This document shows positions 19,086 to 29,384 of a stretch of 64,000 nt of DNA, piece after piece (the stretch's first letter is position 1; each line of letters starts with the position of its first letter). The notes under the pieces were generated by a model. It worked only from the letters and a program-made list of their open reading frames with translations, searched no databases and was not told the origin of the DNA. Position numbers and translations under genes: made by a program. Source of the stretch: an uncultured bacterium (lineage in GTDB: Bacteria > Chloroflexota > Dehalococcoidia > Lucifugimonadales > Lucifugimonadaceae); assembly GCA_963932695.1 (NCBI GenBank), contig CAWVRY010000004.1:10954-74953 (forward strand). Direction: 5' to 3'.

Positions 19086-20432
19086 GTGACTATGACTCTG
19101 TTCGACCATCGTAAACAAGAAATTCAAGATCGCATCGCTCCATTGGCGACTCGTATGCGTCCGCAAACTCTTGACGAATACGTCGGTCAAAAACACATCC
19201 TCACCCCCGGCAAAGTTCTGCGAAGAGCTATCGACGAAGACCGCCTACCTTCGATGATTCTTTGGGGACCACCCGGAAGTGGAAAAACAACACTTGCCCG
19301 CTTGATTGCCGGTGAGACCAATTCCCATTTCGAGCAGTTGAGCGCCGTAACCTCGGGCGTAAAAGACGTTCGAGCAGTGATGGCGTTGGCGGGCGAACGG
19401 CTGGGGCAAACGGGTCGAAAAACCATCCTTTTCATCGACGAAATTCACCGCTTCTCTAAATCGCAGCAAGATGGCCTGCTACCGCATGTCGAAGATGGCA
19501 TAGTCACGCTGATCGGTGCGACTACCGAGAATCCTTCATTTGAAGTCATATCTCCGCTTCTGTCGAGAACTCGGGTCTACACGCTCGAACCGCTACATGA
19601 CGAAGACATCACAGAAATCGTCGAACGGGCAATTGCTGACGAAGATCACGGGCTTGGTCGAGATGGTGTTTCACTTTCCGAAGACTCGATGCACTTTCTG
19701 CTCAGAGTTGCCAACGGCGACGCTCGTTCGGCTCTGAACACACTCGAACTAGCTGTCGAGTCGACCGAGAAGAATAAGTCAGGAAGCATCTCTGTTGAAG
19801 TCGAAACGATGGAAGAGTCGGTCCAGCGCCAGTCGCGTTACGACCGTCTGGGCGACATGCACTACGACACGATCTCGGCGTTCATCAAGACGATACGCGC
19901 CTCTGATCCCGACGCCGCATTGTACTATCTGGCCCGAATGATCGATGCCGGAGAAGATCCTGTTTTCATTGCGCGTAGATTGGTTATTTCTGCTGCCGAA
20001 GACATCGGACTCGCCAATCCCAACGGGCTTGCAGTCGCAATGGCGGCGCAACAGGCCGTCAGCTTTGTTGGCATGCCTGAAGGTAGAATTCCGCTGGCTG
20101 AAGCGACGATTTATCTGGCAACCGCCCCAAAATCGAACTCAGCGTACAAGGCGATCGACAAAGCGCTGGAATTCGTGAAGGCTTCGCGTGATGAACCCGT
20201 GCCGCAGCATCTTCGGAACGCCCCTACCCGCCTCATGAAAGATCTTGGCTACGGCGAGGGTTACGAATATCCACACGACAAACCAGGTCATTTTTCGCAG
20301 TCGGACAACTTACCCGACGCGATAAAGGATGAACGGTTCTACGATCCGGGCAATCTTGGAACCGAACACGGTATACGCGAGCGACTCATCGGCTGGTGGG
20401 GCGAACGATACGGAAAATCATCGGACGACTAG
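19086..20432 (+). CDS. rarA: Replication-associated recombination protein A (MgsA/RarA AAA+ ATPase)
   Basis: 448 aa. Walker A GPPGSGKTT, FIDEIHRFSKSQQD, GATTENPSFEV, and the C-terminal MgsA block (HYD.ISAFIKT.R.SDPDAALYYLARM). Confidence 0.93.
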   Translation: MTMTLFDHRKQEIQDRIAPLATRMRPQTLDEYVGQKHILTPGKVLRRAIDEDRLPSMILWGPPGSGKTTLARLIAGETNSHFEQLSAVTSGVKDVRAVMALAGERLGQTGRKTILFIDEIHRFSKSQQDGLLPHVEDGIVTLIGATTENPSFEVISPLLSRTRVYTLEPLHDEDITEIVERAIADEDHGLGRDGVSLSEDSMHFLLRVANGDARSALNTLELAVESTEKNKSGSISVEVETMEESVQRQSRYDRLGDMHYDTISAFIKTIRASDPDAALYYLARMIDAGEDPVFIARRLVISAAEDIGLANPNGLAVAMAAQQAVSFVGMPEGRIPLAEATIYLATAPKSNSAYKAIDKALEFVKASRDEPVPQHLRNAPTRLMKDLGYGEGYEYPHDKPGHFSQSDNLPDAIKDERFYDPGNLGTEHGIRERLIGWWGERYGKSSDD

Positions 20433-20551
20433 TCCGTTCAAACCCGTAAATTACCCAGACTGACGTAGAGCGCGCCAGACGGAGCGAATGCTCATTCGCT
20501 GTCCGTTCAGAAGCAGTGCGAAACAAACTGAGCTATAGAGGCAAGAAGTAA

Positions 20552-21589
20552 CTATGAAGCGATTTCTTTCATCACTTTGTCGAGAGCGATAATAGTAAAT
20601 TCGTAATCTGCTGCAGAAACTCCGTAGTGAGTGACGATACGAAGATCAGAATCCCCTCCGTTGATGTACACACCCTCTTCTTTCATCCGTGCGGCAATCT
20701 GATCGCCGGTGTGATCTGGAACACCAAACCTGATTATGTTCGTTTGGATGTGCTCAGGGTCGACCGAGATGCCCTTCATATCGGCCATTCGAGAAGCAAT
20801 ATGTCGAGCGGAATCGTGGTCTTCCTGCAAACGATCAATCATCGAGTCTAGCGCTACTAACCCAGCTGCTGCGACGATTCCAACCTGTCGCATACCTGAA
20901 CCTAGCATCTTGCGCCATCGATCGGCTTCCTCGATGAAATCCTTCGAACCAACCACAATTGAACCAATCGGGCAGGAAAGCCCCTTAGAAAGGCAGAACG
21001 TAGCCGTATCGACGTTCTCTGTAAGCTTCGACACTGGAACTCCAAGGGCAACGGCTGCATTGAAAATGCGTGCACCATCGACATGAACGTTCAGCCCTTT
21101 CTCGTGCCCAGCGTCGGCCATTGCCTTCATCTGTTCAGGACTCAGTGCCCGACCGCTTGAACCGTTATGAGTGTTCTCGATTGTCAGCAAGCGAGTCGGT
21201 GGCTTGTGATAGTCACGCGGCTTTACAGCTGCCTGAATCAACTCCGGCTCAAGAAATCCGAAATCGTCGGTTTTGATCGGATAAAGAACAACACTGCCCA
21301 AAACCATCGTTCCGCCGGCTTCGGAGTTCATGATGTGACACTGATCTCCGACTAGCACTTCGTCGCCACGCTGCGCCTGAGCCAGAACCGCTACCAAGTT
21401 TCCCTGCGTGCCTGAGGAAACGAATAGTCCAGCTTCCTTGCCAAGCATGTCGGCTGCGCGCTGCTGCAGTTCGTTTACAGTCGGGTCGTCGCCATAAACG
21501 TCGTCGCCGAGTTCAGCTTCGTACATTGCCTTACGCATTTCGGGGCTTGGGTGAGTAACGGTATCACTCCGTAAGTCGACTCGGATCAT
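20552..21589 (-). CDS. ltaE: Low-specificity L-threonine aldolase
   Basis: 345 aa. DLRSDTVT.P, GDDVYGDDPTVN, and PLP-Lys region FCLSKGL are typical of the beta-eliminating lyase / threonine aldolase family. Confidence 0.85.
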   Translation of the reverse strand: MIRVDLRSDTVTHPSPEMRKAMYEAELGDDVYGDDPTVNELQQRAADMLGKEAGLFVSSGTQGNLVAVLAQAQRGDEVLVGDQCHIMNSEAGGTMVLGSVVLYPIKTDDFGFLEPELIQAAVKPRDYHKPPTRLLTIENTHNGSSGRALSPEQMKAMADAGHEKGLNVHVDGARIFNAAVALGVPVSKLTENVDTATFCLSKGLSCPIGSIVVGSKDFIEEADRWRKMLGSGMRQVGIVAAAGLVALDSMIDRLQEDHDSARHIASRMADMKGISVDPEHIQTNIIRFGVPDHTGDQIAARMKEEGVYINGGDSDLRIVTHYGVSAADYEFTIIALDKVMKEIAS

Positions 21590-21787
21590 GTCGTTGGTTC
21601 TCCGCCGCTATGTATTGGGCCAAAGCTGAGTTTTGATAATCGATATCGACCGCAGATTCTATCTCTCGAATGACTCCACGCATACGGTCTGAACGTATAC
21701 TCAAATGGGACTTTCAGCGTTGTTGTAGCTCAAATCCAGTCCTCACAACGCCGCAATCATCCTCTAACGAGAGCCCGAACAATCAAT

Positions 21788-22363
21788 TTGACCAACAACC
21801 AAACTAGCAACCGCAACGAGACTTCCCGCTCGAAATTCGCTGATCCGCTGCCGTGGATCATGATGTTCGCCGCGCTCATTCTCGACCAATTCACGAAGTG
21901 GCTGACGATCGAAAACTTGGCAGTTGGCGAGTCATGGCCAGCGGAAGGTTTCTTCCGCTTCACCCACGCATGGAACACCGGCACAGCATTCTCGCTATTC
22001 CAAGGACAGGGCGACATTCTTACGTGGGTTTCACTTGGCGCAGTCGGCGTACTCACCTGGATTTACCGATCGATCGACAATCCCCATTGGGTTCTTAGAA
22101 TCGCATTTGGGATGCAGTTCGGTGGAGCGATCGGGAACATCATCGACCGCATCCGACTTGGGCACGTCACAGACTTCCTCGATGTCGGTCCGTGGCCTAT
22201 CTTCAACATCGCCGATTCCTCGATTGTTATCGGTATCGGTTTGATGATCTTCTACTTTTGGTTCCTCGACGATAGTGGAAAAACAAAAGAAGATTCCAGC
22301 CCAGACGCTGTCGGGCCATCCGAGCAGTCAACAGCGAACACAACCCTTGATTCTTCAGATTAG
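21788..22363 (+). CDS. lspA: Lipoprotein signal peptidase (signal peptidase II)
   Basis: DQFTKW, WNTGTAFSLF, GGAIGNIIDR and FNIADSSI motifs. Start is uncertain (TTG 21788 or an internal ATG near 21860). Confidence 0.85.
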   Translation: MTNNQTSNRNETSRSKFADPLPWIMMFAALILDQFTKWLTIENLAVGESWPAEGFFRFTHAWNTGTAFSLFQGQGDILTWVSLGAVGVLTWIYRSIDNPHWVLRIAFGMQFGGAIGNIIDRIRLGHVTDFLDVGPWPIFNIADSSIVIGIGLMIFYFWFLDDSGKTKEDSSPDAVGPSEQSTANTTLDSSD

Positions 22364-22380
22364 ATTTCGGTAGTTTTACT

Positions 22381-23289
22381 TTGACTGAGTTCGCAATTAC
22401 CGAAGAGCAATCGGGAAAACGTTTGGATGTGTTCCTGAGCGAGCACTGGGATGAAGCTGAATCGCGAGCAGTCGCTCAGCGCGCTATAAAAGCGGGCGAA
22501 GTTTCGATCGATGGAAAAGCAGTCTCACGGGTTTCGGCAAAACTCACCGAGGGACAAATCGTAAACGCTAGTCCCGATGGAACCGTAGCGCCAACTTCGA
22601 TCATCAAAAGCAATATCCCGCTAGACACTGCCTACGAAGACGAGCACATCGCCGTTATCAACAAAGTCGTAGGTATGACCGCTCATCCTGGTTCTGGGCA
22701 TATCGACGACACAGTCGCTAACGCAGCCGCGTACAAGTGGCCTCAAATCGTTGACATCGGTGAACCTGATCGCCCCGGAATAGTTCACAGGCTCGACAAA
22801 GACACAAGTGGCCTGATGGTCATTGCGCTCACCGAACCGGCGTACATCCGCCTTTCGGAGATGATCCGTAATCATGAGATTACGCGCATCTACTCCGCAC
22901 TAGTCCACGGCATTCCGAAATCGCAAAAAGGTGTTGTCGATGCACCAATTGGACGAAGTCCTTACTACCGAAAAAGACAGGCGATCGATGAAAATGGTCG
23001 ACCTTCGCGTACCCATTACAGAGTCGACTATGTATTCGGCGACTTCGCATTTCTCGAAATACGACTCGAAACGGGTCGAATGCACCAGATCAGGGTTCAC
23101 ATGGACGCTATTGGTCACCCGGTTATCGGCGATCAAACTTACGGGCGACAAAAAAATCTCCCAAACCTAAACCGTCAATTCCTCCATGCTTCTAAGCTAG
23201 AGTTCGATCATCCAGTCACTGGTAAACGACTATCGGTAACGTCCGAACTTCCGGCTGATCTGACACGCGCTCTCGAAGCACTGCAATAG
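22381..23289 (+). CDS. rluD: RluA-family 23S rRNA pseudouridine synthase (RluD-like)
   Basis: 302 aa. S4-like N-terminus, catalytic HRLDKDTSGLMV, and HQIRVH block. Confidence 0.88.
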   Translation: MTEFAITEEQSGKRLDVFLSEHWDEAESRAVAQRAIKAGEVSIDGKAVSRVSAKLTEGQIVNASPDGTVAPTSIIKSNIPLDTAYEDEHIAVINKVVGMTAHPGSGHIDDTVANAAAYKWPQIVDIGEPDRPGIVHRLDKDTSGLMVIALTEPAYIRLSEMIRNHEITRIYSALVHGIPKSQKGVVDAPIGRSPYYRKRQAIDENGRPSRTHYRVDYVFGDFAFLEIRLETGRMHQIRVHMDAIGHPVIGDQTYGRQKNLPNLNRQFLHASKLEFDHPVTGKRLSVTSELPADLTRALEALQ

Positions 23290-23359
23290 CTCGTCTTTCG
23301 CTCGTTCTACGTATTACCGTTTGTTCCTTCCAGCCTCAGGCGCTGCTAAAGTTTTCTGA

Positions 23360-24871
23360 ATGACTAACCCAACTTCTCCCGTCCGAGTTAGATACGCGCC
23401 CAGCCCCACCGGCATTCCCCATATCGGAAACATTCGTACCGCCCTTTTCTGTTGGGTGCTTGCTCAACAGACCAAAGGTGAGTTCATCGTTCGAATCGAA
23501 GACACCGACAGGTCTCGTTACGATGCCGACGCAGAGAAGGCGATATTTGAATCTTTAGATTGGTTGGGACTCACTTGGGACGAAGGTCCCGGCAAGGGCG
23601 GCCCGGTTGGTCCTTATGTGCAGTCCGAGCGTCAGCAGACGTATATCGAAGCGGCCCACCGTCTTGTCGAGTCAGGGCACGCCTACTTCGACGACACCAC
23701 TCCTGAGCAGCTTCACGCCTTACGAGAACGTCAGCGCGCTGCAAAGCAGCCACCAAGGTACGACGGTCGTGGACGGCACCGTAGCGCTGAGGAAATCGAA
23801 GAATCGCGACAGGCAGGATTGCCAATTACGATTCGACTAAAGGTTCCCGAGTTCGGATCTGTTTCGTTTAACGACGCTGTTCGTGGCAAGATCACGTTCG
23901 AGCTAAAAGAACTCGATGATTTCGTAATCTTGAAGTCTGACGAAATGCCGACTTACCACCTTGCCCACATCCTCGACGATAAAGCGATGGGAATCACACA
24001 CGTCATCCGTGGTGACGAGTGGATTTCAAGCACTCCGCGGCACCTACTGATTCATCAGGCGCTCGAAATCGAGCCGCCGGAATATGTTCACGTGCCGTTG
24101 ATTCTCGGCAAGGACAAATCGAAACTCAGTAAGCGCCACGGTGCTACTTCCGCTCTCGAATACCGTGACCAAGGGTTCTTGGCCGACGCGGTATTCAACT
24201 TTATGTGCTTGCTTGGCTGGTCGCCCGGCGACGATACCGAAGTAATGACACGCGAGGAGATCGTACGTCGATTCAGCATTGATCGGATCAACGATTCCCC
24301 TGCAACTTTCGACGTAGAAAAGCTCGAATGGATGAACGGCGTCTACATACGAAACATGTCTGAAGATGAACTAATAGAGCACTTGCTCCCATTCATGGAG
24401 CGATCTGAAGCTGATGCTGGCCTGCCCGACACCGTAGAACGGCCTATCGACCGGGTGTATTTGAAGAAACTTATCCCGCTCGTCCACGAGCGCCTAAAGC
24501 TGCTGACCGAAGGAACCGAAACTCTAGATTTCTTCTTTGCCGACAACGTCAACCCTGCTGCCGAAGACCTACCGGGTCGAAAGATGGACATGGCGATGAC
24601 AGAGACTGCTCTCGAAGCAGCACTCAGTCTGTGCAAATCAGTTACGTCGTTCGAGCCTGAGCATCTTGAAGCTGGGTACCGAGCACTAGCCGAGAAGATC
24701 AAGATGAAGCCAGGCCAGTTGTTCTCGCCGATACGAGTCGCAACTACAGGCAAAGCGTTCGCTCCGCCGTTGTTCGACACTATGGCTGCGATTGGGCAAG
24801 CGCGTTGTATCGAGAGAATCGGAAATGCGCTCTCAATTATCCGTTCCGCTGCGTCAACTAGCGCGGAGTAG
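23360..24871 (+). CDS. gltX: Glutamate--tRNA ligase
   Basis: 503 aa. RYAPSPTGIPHIGNIRTA (HIGH) and KLSKRHG (KMSKS). Confidence 0.95.
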   Translation: MTNPTSPVRVRYAPSPTGIPHIGNIRTALFCWVLAQQTKGEFIVRIEDTDRSRYDADAEKAIFESLDWLGLTWDEGPGKGGPVGPYVQSERQQTYIEAAHRLVESGHAYFDDTTPEQLHALRERQRAAKQPPRYDGRGRHRSAEEIEESRQAGLPITIRLKVPEFGSVSFNDAVRGKITFELKELDDFVILKSDEMPTYHLAHILDDKAMGITHVIRGDEWISSTPRHLLIHQALEIEPPEYVHVPLILGKDKSKLSKRHGATSALEYRDQGFLADAVFNFMCLLGWSPGDDTEVMTREEIVRRFSIDRINDSPATFDVEKLEWMNGVYIRNMSEDELIEHLLPFMERSEADAGLPDTVERPIDRVYLKKLIPLVHERLKLLTEGTETLDFFFADNVNPAAEDLPGRKMDMAMTETALEAALSLCKSVTSFEPEHLEAGYRALAEKIKMKPGQLFSPIRVATTGKAFAPPLFDTMAAIGQARCIERIGNALSIIRSAASTSAE

Positions 24872-24893
24872 CAGTTCAAGAGCAAAACTTAGA

Positions 24894-24923
24894 TTGACCT
24901 TGCGTTGGGCTACTACCTATACT
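24894..24923 (+). promoter_or_regulatory. Near-consensus sigma70-type promoter upstream of rpsU
   Basis: TTGACC (24894-24899), an 18-nt spacer, then TATACT (24918-24923), about 80 nt upstream of the rpsU start. Confidence 0.5.
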
Positions 24924-25004
24924 GGAAAGTAGCGCATCTGCTTTTCAGATGAATTTCGACCGGTCACGATTACTCGTGGCTCAAACTACGAATCAGGATT
25001 ACCG

Positions 25005-25199
25005 TTGGTAGAACTACGAATCAACGAAGGCGAGAGCTTCGAAGGCTTCCTCCGACGCTTCACCAAGCGAGTACAGCAGGAATCGATTATTTCAGAAGCC
25101 CGACGTCGTCAGCACTTCGAGCCACCTAGCATTACTCGCAAGAAGACTGCTGCTGCCAAACGCCGCAAGAGCGTCAAGGCAACTCTGAAAGCCATGTAA
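25005..25199 (+). CDS. rpsU: 30S ribosomal protein S21
   Basis: 64 aa, TTG start. (M)VELRINEGESFEGFLRRFTKRV...RRRQHFEPPS..RKK matches the S21 pattern. Confidence 0.9.
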   Translation: MVELRINEGESFEGFLRRFTKRVQQESIISEARRRQHFEPPSITRKKTAAAKRRKSVKATLKAM

Positions 25200-25243
25200 T
25201 CACCCTCCAAGATCTTTCAATAGATCTTGGTTCGATTGCTATA

Positions 25244-25279
25244 ACACCTCGGTAAATTGTTCCGAGGTGTTTTTGTTTG
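25244..25279 (+). terminator. Intrinsic terminator after rpsU
   Basis: 9-bp stem ACACCTCGG/CCGAGGTGT (25244-25252 / 25262-25270) followed by TTTTTGTTT. A second 9-bp hairpin CCAAGATCT/AGATCTTGG lies just upstream at 25207-25230. Confidence 0.7.
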
Positions 25280-25448
25280 TCTAAAAATAGTCGACGCTAC
25301 TCAACCATCTTCAAGCGACGACATTTCACATCCGGTTAACAAAAAGCCGGTTCTGTTCCGTGATTTTCTAGCCGGGAGAGGCGACAATAGATACTCGACT
25401 CGCTGAGCGAGTATTGGTTGGAACGAACGCCGCAAGGGAGCACCTAAA

Positions 25449-26150
25449 TTGAAGTTCGGGATTGTCGTTTTCCCCGGTACTTGGAGTGAGAAAGACACGC
25501 ACCACGCGGTGAACGGTGTTCTAGGTCAGGATGCAGAGTACATCTGGCACGGTGACGAAGCTCTCGGACAGTACGATGCGATCATTATCCCCGGCGGGTT
25601 CTCCTACGGCGATTACCTACGCTCAGGCGCAATTGCCCGCTTCTCACCGGTGATGGAAGCTGTCCAACAATTCGCCGACAAGGGCGGACCAGTTCTCGGC
25701 ATCTGTAACGGCTTCCAAGTTCTATGTGAATCAGGATTACTGCCCGGCGTTCTAATGCGCAACGATCACCTTGAGTTCCGCTGTATCTGGACCGACCTCA
25801 AGGTTGAAAACGACTCAACGATGTTTACGTCGAGAGCGACAGCTGGCGAAACTCTTCATATTCCGATGTCGCACGGCGAAGGTAACTACCAGGCCGACGA
25901 AGCGACGATAGATCGACTCGAAGGCAACGGCCAGATCGTTCTTCGTTATGCCGATTCCTCGGGCAACGTAACGCCAGACATCAACCCGAACGGATCGATC
26001 AACAACATCGCCGGAATCGTGAACGAACGCGGAAACGTGATGGGCATGATGCCGCACCCCGAAAAGGCGAGCGAGAAGCTCATTGGTGGCGACGACGGTA
26101 ATGTAATTTTTAGTTCGATGATCGAAAGTTTCGCAGCTTCTCTGGCTTAG
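25449..26150 (+). CDS. purQ: Phosphoribosylformylglycinamidine synthase, glutaminase subunit
   Basis: 233 aa, TTG start preceded by AGGGAG. MKFGIVVFPG, catalytic GICNGFQ, and the HPE triad region. Confidence 0.93.
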   Translation: MKFGIVVFPGTWSEKDTHHAVNGVLGQDAEYIWHGDEALGQYDAIIIPGGFSYGDYLRSGAIARFSPVMEAVQQFADKGGPVLGICNGFQVLCESGLLPGVLMRNDHLEFRCIWTDLKVENDSTMFTSRATAGETLHIPMSHGEGNYQADEATIDRLEGNGQIVLRYADSSGNVTPDINPNGSINNIAGIVNERGNVMGMMPHPEKASEKLIGGDDGNVIFSSMIESFAASLA

Positions 26151-26205
26151 TCCAAACCGATCACAATCTTTACAAGCACTTCAATAAACGAAACGAAAAC
26201 TCCAC

Positions 26206-28416
26206 ATGCCGGTTAGCCAGGAAACACTCGACGAAATCGCTCTCAGTCGAGACGAATACGAAGCGATTGTCGACCGACTTGGCAGAGAGCCGGAGCCACT
26301 TGAGCTAGGACTTTTCGGGGCGTTGTGGTCAGAGCACTGCGGCTACAAGCACACGAAAGCCCTGCTCCGCACCCTCCCATCGTCCTCCGAACGGTTATTG
26401 GTAGCTCCCGGTGCCGAAAACGCAGGAGTTGTTGACCTTGGCGACGGACTATCCGTTTGCTTCAAGATCGAATCGCACAACCACCCATCGGCAGTGGAGC
26501 CCTTTGAAGGTGCAGCCACAGGTGTTGGCGGCATCATTCGTGACATCTTCGCCATGGGTGCCCGCCCCATCGCATTGCTCAACTCTCTGAGATTCGGGCA
26601 GCCCGACAACGCCCGCACTCGTTACCTACTCAACGGTGTAATCGGCGGAATTTCCTCCTACGGAAACTGCATCGGCATTCCCGACGTGGGCGGCGAAATA
26701 TTTTTCTCAGACACCTACAAAGGCAACCCGCTAGTAAACGCAATGTGCATTGGACTGATCGAAAACGGCAAGATGGCAAGCGCATCGGCAAAAGAGCCCG
26801 GAGATCTGCTGCTTCTCGTTGGCGCCGATACTGGACGAGACGGCATTCACGGAGCGTCGGGCTTAGCTTCACGAGCGTTTGAAGAACAAGCCGAAATGCG
26901 TTCAGCTGTTCAGGTCGGAAACCCCTTCCTTGAAAAGGTGCTGATCGAAGCCTGTCTCGAAGCTCTCGAATTAACCGGTGTTGTAGGTCTACAAGACTGC
27001 GGAGCCGCTGGAATAACGTCGGCTGCTATCGAGATGGCCGAACGATCCGGAATGGGCTTGAAGCTTCTCATCGACGAAGTACCGCGGCGTGAAGAAGGCA
27101 TGACTCCGTATGAAGTGATGCTTTCTGAATCCCAAGAGCGAATGCTTCTTGCCGTAACGCCAGGACAAGAAGGTCCTGTATTTGACCTGTTCAAGAAATG
27201 GGACCTCGATGCAACGATCATCGGAAATTTTGAACTAGGTGAGAATGTTCGAATTTATGACGAGGGCGTGGAAATAACTTCTACCCCCGTAATTACTCTC
27301 ACCGACGCACCCGAGTACAAGTTCACCGGCGTGAAGCCTGAATGGCTAACCAAGCTCCAGAACGCTGATCTCTCTGCAAATCCGATTCCGTCCGAGTCCC
27401 CTGCCGATATGCTGCTGAAGATGCTTGCGTCTCCAAATATCGCATCGCGATTCCCTATCTACCGTCAGTACGACTACCACGTACAGACGAACACGGTCGT
27501 GGAACCGGGTGGCGACGCTGCTGTATTGCGACTCAAAGGCTCGAAGCGAGGAATCGCAGTATCAACAGACTGTAACGGCAGAATTTGCTACCTCGACCCA
27601 GAGATCGGCACGGCAATAGCCGTCGCAGAAGCTTGCCGCAACCTCTCCGTCACCGGCGCAACGCCCGTGGCTCTTACAGACGGCCTCAATTTCGGCAATC
27701 CGGAGACCGCCGACGTTCAGTTCCAGCTCACCGAGTCAATTGCAGGGATGAGCCGTGCAGCCGAAGCATTCGAAATTCCGATTGTTAGCGGCAACGCCAG
27801 CATGTACAACCAGTCGCAAGGCATAGACATATTCCCGACTCCCATCATCGGTTCGCTCGGACTTCTCGAAGATGTCGAAAAGCACTCAACTGCCGGATTC
27901 AAGTCGGATGGTGATGTGATCGTTCTAATGGGAACCGATTCCACTTGGGACGACATAGACGGTCTGGCAGGTAGTGAGTATCTCGACTATATTCACGGCA
28001 AAGTCGAGGGTCAGCCAAAGCTCGATATTGCTCTTGAAATCCGTACTCAAGCAGCTTGCCGAGAAGCAATAACCGACGAACTAATCGCTTCAGCTCATGA
28101 CGCATCGGACGGCGGAGTCGCCGTCGCTATCGCTGAGAGTGCGGTAATCGGAGAGATTGGCGCTTCGATCGATTTAGCGCCCGGAGAACGTTGGGATGCT
28201 GCAATGTTCGGTGAAACCCAGTCGAGGATTCTCGTCAGTGTGAAGCCCGAGAATCTTGCTGCACTTGAAGCAATCACTGCTGCAAACAACGTTCCAACGA
28301 TAACGATCGGCTCTGTAGGCGGCGACACGCTCTCGTTTGGCGACTTGATTTCGTTACCGTTAGCCGATGTCGATGACGCTTGGAAGAACGGTTTCAGCCG
28401 GGCTACATCCGACTAA
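26206..28416 (+). CDS. purL: Phosphoribosylformylglycinamidine synthase subunit PurL
   Basis: 736 aa. WSEHCGYKH, ESHNHPS, EGAATGVGGIIRD and LSESQERM blocks. Confidence 0.95.
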   Translation: MPVSQETLDEIALSRDEYEAIVDRLGREPEPLELGLFGALWSEHCGYKHTKALLRTLPSSSERLLVAPGAENAGVVDLGDGLSVCFKIESHNHPSAVEPFEGAATGVGGIIRDIFAMGARPIALLNSLRFGQPDNARTRYLLNGVIGGISSYGNCIGIPDVGGEIFFSDTYKGNPLVNAMCIGLIENGKMASASAKEPGDLLLLVGADTGRDGIHGASGLASRAFEEQAEMRSAVQVGNPFLEKVLIEACLEALELTGVVGLQDCGAAGITSAAIEMAERSGMGLKLLIDEVPRREEGMTPYEVMLSESQERMLLAVTPGQEGPVFDLFKKWDLDATIIGNFELGENVRIYDEGVEITSTPVITLTDAPEYKFTGVKPEWLTKLQNADLSANPIPSESPADMLLKMLASPNIASRFPIYRQYDYHVQTNTVVEPGGDAAVLRLKGSKRGIAVSTDCNGRICYLDPEIGTAIAVAEACRNLSVTGATPVALTDGLNFGNPETADVQFQLTESIAGMSRAAEAFEIPIVSGNASMYNQSQGIDIFPTPIIGSLGLLEDVEKHSTAGFKSDGDVIVLMGTDSTWDDIDGLAGSEYLDYIHGKVEGQPKLDIALEIRTQAACREAITDELIASAHDASDGGVAVAIAESAVIGEIGASIDLAPGERWDAAMFGETQSRILVSVKPENLAALEAITAANNVPTITIGSVGGDTLSFGDLISLPLADVDDAWKNGFSRATSD

Positions 28417-28438
28417 AAGACGATCCGATAATTAAGCA

Positions 28439-29299
28439 TTGACGACTCCAATTCAAACGACAATTCCAGCCCTTACAGAAGGCTATGAAGCGCTGTTCTT
28501 CGACTCGTTTGGGGTGCTCATCGACGGCGTAGACGGTTTGCCGCATGCGGTCGAATTAGTCGATCGGATGAATGCCGACCATACAAATTACTTCGTGGTC
28601 ACCAACGACGCATCGGCATCACTCGACTCTCGAGTTAAAACTTTCGCTTCAAAAGGATTCAGCATCCCGAAAGAACGAATCATCAACTCAGGTTCGCTAA
28701 TAGCTGGCTACATATTGGAGCATGAACTTCAGGGCGCTCCCACTCTCGTTCTCGGCACACAAGACGCCAAAGACTACGCGACTGATGCAGACGCAAGACT
28801 CGTGAGTCTTGATAGCGGAGAAGAGCCAGATATCGTGGTCATGGGGCACAGCCAGCCGTATGACTGGGAATCAACCCTGGAAGGATTATTGACGCTATTC
28901 AGTCGGCGATTCCAGCAGAACAATCCAGTTCGTCTCGTCCTGCCGAATCCAGATTTCATCTATCCAAACGGACCTGGCGTCTTCGGTTTTGGGGCAGCGG
29001 CATTCGTGAACGCGCTAGAGCAAGCGCTTGAACGACTTCATGGTTCGCATGATTCGCTGATCGCTACCAAACTCGGAAAACCGTACGCGCCTATTTTCAA
29101 AGCTGCGATCGATCAAGCCGGTACGAATAACGCAGTAATGATCGGCGACCAACTCGAAACCGACATTTCTGGAGCCAACTCAGCAGGCATCGATTCGGCA
29201 GTCGTAACGACAGGAATCAACCGTCGATCAACGCCAGACGAGTTCGAAGATGTACCGGATGAGCTAACTCCACGGTACATTCTTGCGTCTCTCGTATAA
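28439..29299 (+). CDS. HAD-superfamily hydrolase, subfamily IIA-like
   Basis: 286 aa. DSFGVL nucleophile motif (DxxG variant of DxD), VTND, and late GDQLETDI motif IV. Confidence 0.72.
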   Translation: MTTPIQTTIPALTEGYEALFFDSFGVLIDGVDGLPHAVELVDRMNADHTNYFVVTNDASASLDSRVKTFASKGFSIPKERIINSGSLIAGYILEHELQGAPTLVLGTQDAKDYATDADARLVSLDSGEEPDIVVMGHSQPYDWESTLEGLLTLFSRRFQQNNPVRLVLPNPDFIYPNGPGVFGFGAAAFVNALEQALERLHGSHDSLIATKLGKPYAPIFKAAIDQAGTNNAVMIGDQLETDISGANSAGIDSAVVTTGINRRSTPDEFEDVPDELTPRYILASLV

Positions 29300-29384
29300 A
29301 ATTAGAATATATATCGGTTACAAAACAATTTTGTGCGAGTGCCTAGGTGCTCGCGTTTGCATGTAGTTCCTACTCCAATAAAAG

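Noticed and set aside
25280-25448. A possible purine/ZTP-type riboswitch, or a missing purS, upstream of purQ.
   Set aside because: I could not find the conserved ZTP (pfl) core or a purine-riboswitch junction by eye. Only small generic hairpins are present, and no ~80-aa PurS-like ORF is there. A covariance-model scan would be needed to say more.
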